Source of the DNA: Planctomycetota bacterium | GTDB taxonomy: Bacteria > Planctomycetota > UBA11346 | Assembly (NCBI GenBank): GCA_035627695.1 | Contig: DASPLE010000065.1 | Location: 1-33,732 of the forward strand | Length of the DNA stretch: 33,732 nucleotides | Direction of reading: 5' to 3' | Shown: one piece after another, positions 31,690 to 33,732 of the stretch | Layout of the letters: each line of letters starts with the position of its first letter | Position numbering within the stretch: the stretch's first letter is position 1 | Translations under genes and position numbers: made by a program | Notes under the pieces: generated by a model | The model's input: only the letters and a program-made list of their open reading frames with translations | Database searches by the model: none | Told to the model about the DNA's origin: nothing

Positions 31690-32106
31690 TCAACGACGTT
31701 CGACGAACGGGACTCCCGCCGCGAGCAGGTCCTGGTCCTGCTCGGTCTGGGTCACCGTCAGGCGATCCTTGGCGAGGTCGCTTGCGAGCGCGTAGCCGGC
31801 GGCGTCCCAGGCCTCCATCCCGCCATTGAGCACCGAGACGGGGCCGAAGCCGCACTCCTCGAGCCACTCCGCCGCCTGGTACGCCTCGGGCCCGCTGCTC
31901 GCGCTGTAGAGGATGATCCGCGACCGCGGCCGCCCGCGCAGGGCGTGGAGCACGCGCGCGCACTGCGCGTCGTCACCGACCTCGAAACGCAACGATCCGG
32001 GGATGTGATCGGCGGCGAACGCCTGCTCGTCGAGCACGGCGAGGAGCGTCGCCCCGCCCCACTGGTTGATCAGCTTCACGGCGCGCGCGACCGGGATCGT
32101 CTGCAT
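31690..32106 (-). CDS. Single-domain rhodanese-like protein; the catalytic Cys position appears to be Ser
   Basis: Rhodanese fold motifs LLAVLDEQAFAADHIPGSL and SVLNGGMEAW. The active-site loop reads ILYSASSGPEA where CxxGxR is expected. ATG at 32106. Confidence 0.6.
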   Translation of the reverse strand: MQTIPVARAVKLINQWGGATLLAVLDEQAFAADHIPGSLRFEVGDDAQCARVLHALRGRPRSRIILYSASSGPEAYQAAEWLEECGFGPVSVLNGGMEAWDAAGYALASDLAKDRLTVTQTEQDQDLLAAGVPFVERR

Positions 32107-32267
32107 GTCCGCTTCCTTGTGGGTGCACACCTCAGCTTAGGAACCCGCGGCGACGCGGGCGCTCGTAGATGTGAGCCGCGTACGCGCCGCACGCGCACGT
32201 TGAACGGGGTCGAGCCGCCGTCCGACCATCCGCAGCGGCGTGGTACGATGCGGTCGTGGAGTTCCCC

Positions 32268-32591
32268 ATGCACGACACGCTCTCCGCTCGGCACCGCGCG
32301 AAGCCCGCTGTCGCCCAGCGCGCGCGCACGTCCACCTTGAGCCCGGTATCGCGCACCGTCGCCCGCGCGGCGCTCGGATCGCTGGCCGCCTACGGCGCCG
32401 CTCAGCTCGTCGGCCGCCTCGCGCAACGGCCCACGCAACCGGAACTGCGCGCCCCGGCGCGCCGGCTGGTCGACGACGTCGCCGGCATCCACGCGGCATC
32501 GGCCCGCCCCGAAACCGCCGATGAGTCGTATTACGCCTGGAAGGCGTGCCTCGGCGAGCACGCCGACGACCTGCCGCCGTGCGATGAATGA
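32268..32591 (+). CDS. Small hypothetical protein (weak call)
   Basis: Open frame with mixed GC3 bias and no recognisable motifs. Placed in a divergent intergenic region opposite the rhodanese gene. The antisense 233-aa ORF is R-rich junk. Confidence 0.25.
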   Translation: MHDTLSARHRAKPAVAQRARTSTLSPVSRTVARAALGSLAAYGAAQLVGRLAQRPTQPELRAPARRLVDDVAGIHAASARPETADESYYAWKACLGEHADDLPPCDE

Positions 32592-32613
32592 CCGCGCCGG
32601 CGCGCGACGACGA

Positions 32614-33423
32614 TCAGAGCGCGCCGACGGTCGCCGGACCGCGCGAGGAGGCGCCGCGCGCCATCGCGCGCTCGACCGCTGACAGGTCTTCGCCCTGGGT
32701 GCGCAGCGCTTCGCGCATACCGACCTGCGGAGCCGCGACGAAGCGCACCTGCCGACCGGCGTTGGCGCTGGCGGCATGGACCGTCAGCGGGTGGATCAGG
32801 ACGATGTCGCCGAGGCGGCCGACGACGCGCGTGGCGCGCGGCTTGGGCAGGCGTCGGGCGACCTCGGCGAGGTCGACCGCGCTCAAGCCCGCGAGACCCG
32901 CCGCCGCCATGGCGCGCGCGACGGTCAGATGCGAGCCCTCGATGACCAGCGGACCGCCATCGGCCAGGCCGACGTCGGAGAAGAGGAACAGCGGGTTCAG
33001 GCCGTGATCGATTCCGGCCAGCCGACGCGGGCCCTGCCCAGCGCCGATGCGCCAACCGCCGACCGCCTCGCCATCGTCACCGTGGCTCGCCGCGTCGCCC
33101 GCGGGCGCGACGGGAAACGCGACCGGCCACCAGCCGGTGTGGTCGAGCGGCTTCCAGCGGCCGGCGCCGAGGAGATCGTCGAGCGCGCCGGTGAAGCGTC
33201 CGGTCAACGCCCCCGAGAACGGCGCGCCCCACGGCCCGTCCTGCAGGTGCGCCATCGGCGCGGGCCACGCCGACGGATCCTTCGCGTCCAGGCCCAGCTT
33301 CTGCCAGATCGCGGTCCGCACCCGCGCGGCGACCACCGACGAGAACGCGTGGCGCAGCACCACGAAGCCGCGTTCCTCGAATTCGGCGATCTGCGGCGAC
33401 GTCAGGATGCGATGCGCGTTCAT
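32614..33423 (-). CDS. Phytanoyl-CoA dioxygenase (PhyH) family Fe(II)/2-oxoglutarate-dependent oxygenase
   Basis: N-terminus MNAHRILTSPQIAEFEERGFVVL matches the PhyH-family start. His/Asp facial-triad candidates GIDHG and IEGSHL. ATG at 33423 has a G-rich RBS; the alternative ATG at 33453 has none. Confidence 0.6.
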   Translation of the reverse strand: MNAHRILTSPQIAEFEERGFVVLRHAFSSVVAARVRTAIWQKLGLDAKDPSAWPAPMAHLQDGPWGAPFSGALTGRFTGALDDLLGAGRWKPLDHTGWWPVAFPVAPAGDAASHGDDGEAVGGWRIGAGQGPRRLAGIDHGLNPLFLFSDVGLADGGPLVIEGSHLTVARAMAAAGLAGLSAVDLAEVARRLPKPRATRVVGRLGDIVLIHPLTVHAASANAGRQVRFVAAPQVGMREALRTQGEDLSAVERAMARGASSRGPATVGAL

Positions 33424-33583
33424 GGTGTGCCCCCGCGGTGAAGGCCGGATCATGAGCGCGCCGGGGCCGCAACGCTAGGATCGAGTCAAGGTCTAGTTCG
33501 CCTCGCCTGCATCGGATTTCGCCGCGAGTGATGCAACGTCACCGCGGTACGAGGCCGTTCGTGCGAGATCCAGCAGCGACCTG

Positions 33584-33732
33584 CGAGCGTCGAGCGTCGA
33601 GCGTCGAGCGTCGAGCGTCGAGCCTCGAGCCTCGAGCTCGAGCATCGGGCTTCGAGCGTCGAGCTTCGAGCTTCGAGCTTCGAGCTTCGAGCTTCGAGCT
33701 TCGAGCTTCGAGCTTCGAGCTTCGAGCTTCGA
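33584..33732. repeat. Long degenerate heptamer tandem repeat, at least 21 units: (cgagcgt)4 (cgagcct)2 ... (cgagctt)9, running to the window end; minus-strand reading is GAAGCTC
   Basis: Period-7 repeat read directly from the sequence; likely continues beyond the window. Located 160 nt upstream of the PhyH start on the minus strand. Confidence 0.9.

Overview
This is a chromosomal segment with about 72% GC and strong GC3 codon bias, most likely from a myxobacterium (order Myxococcales). The main evidence for that origin is a textbook MYXO-CTERM sorting tail on the large surface protein at 6535..8976. The very long R/A/P-rich ORFs are antisense or off-frame artefacts typical of high-GC DNA, and I disregard them.

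The window mixes housekeeping genes with several accessory-looking modules. Housekeeping, from the sequence: valS (+), then a minus-strand type IV pilus motor cluster pilT-pilB-pilC, gpmI (iPGM), a soluble histidine kinase, and a receiver protein fused to a GHKL/anti-sigma-kinase-like ATPase. Next comes a minus-strand operon with 4-nt ATGA start/stop overlaps at trpG/scpB and across the adjacent hypothetical/rsmA(ksgA)/SurA-like trio. It is followed by tRNA-Arg(ACG) with a strong intrinsic terminator, a single-domain response regulator, a rhodanese-like protein and a PhyH-family dioxygenase.

Accessory modules:
- An operon of three secreted proteins (1..3323, minus strand) that share a degenerate ~20-aa 'LxDGxRxxGxL' repeat.
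- A MYXO-CTERM surface protein carrying autotransporter-type (PATR) beta-strand repeats, placed 12 nt upstream of a receptor Ser/Thr kinase with an extracellular FGE-sulfatase domain.
- Two tandem paralogous small beta-barrel-like outer-membrane proteins (start/stop overlap GTGA), a third OMP-like gene, a flotillin/SPFH protein and a convergent DUF4142 lipoprotein.

The most unusual non-coding signal is a dispersed family of degenerate heptanucleotide tandem repeats of the form (GAAGNNC)n on the sense strand. Three of the four copies lie immediately 3' of a stop codon: after the SPFH gene, after pilC and after the SurA-like gene. The fourth sits at the window end, upstream of the PhyH gene. 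I saw no CRISPR array, transposase or integrase.
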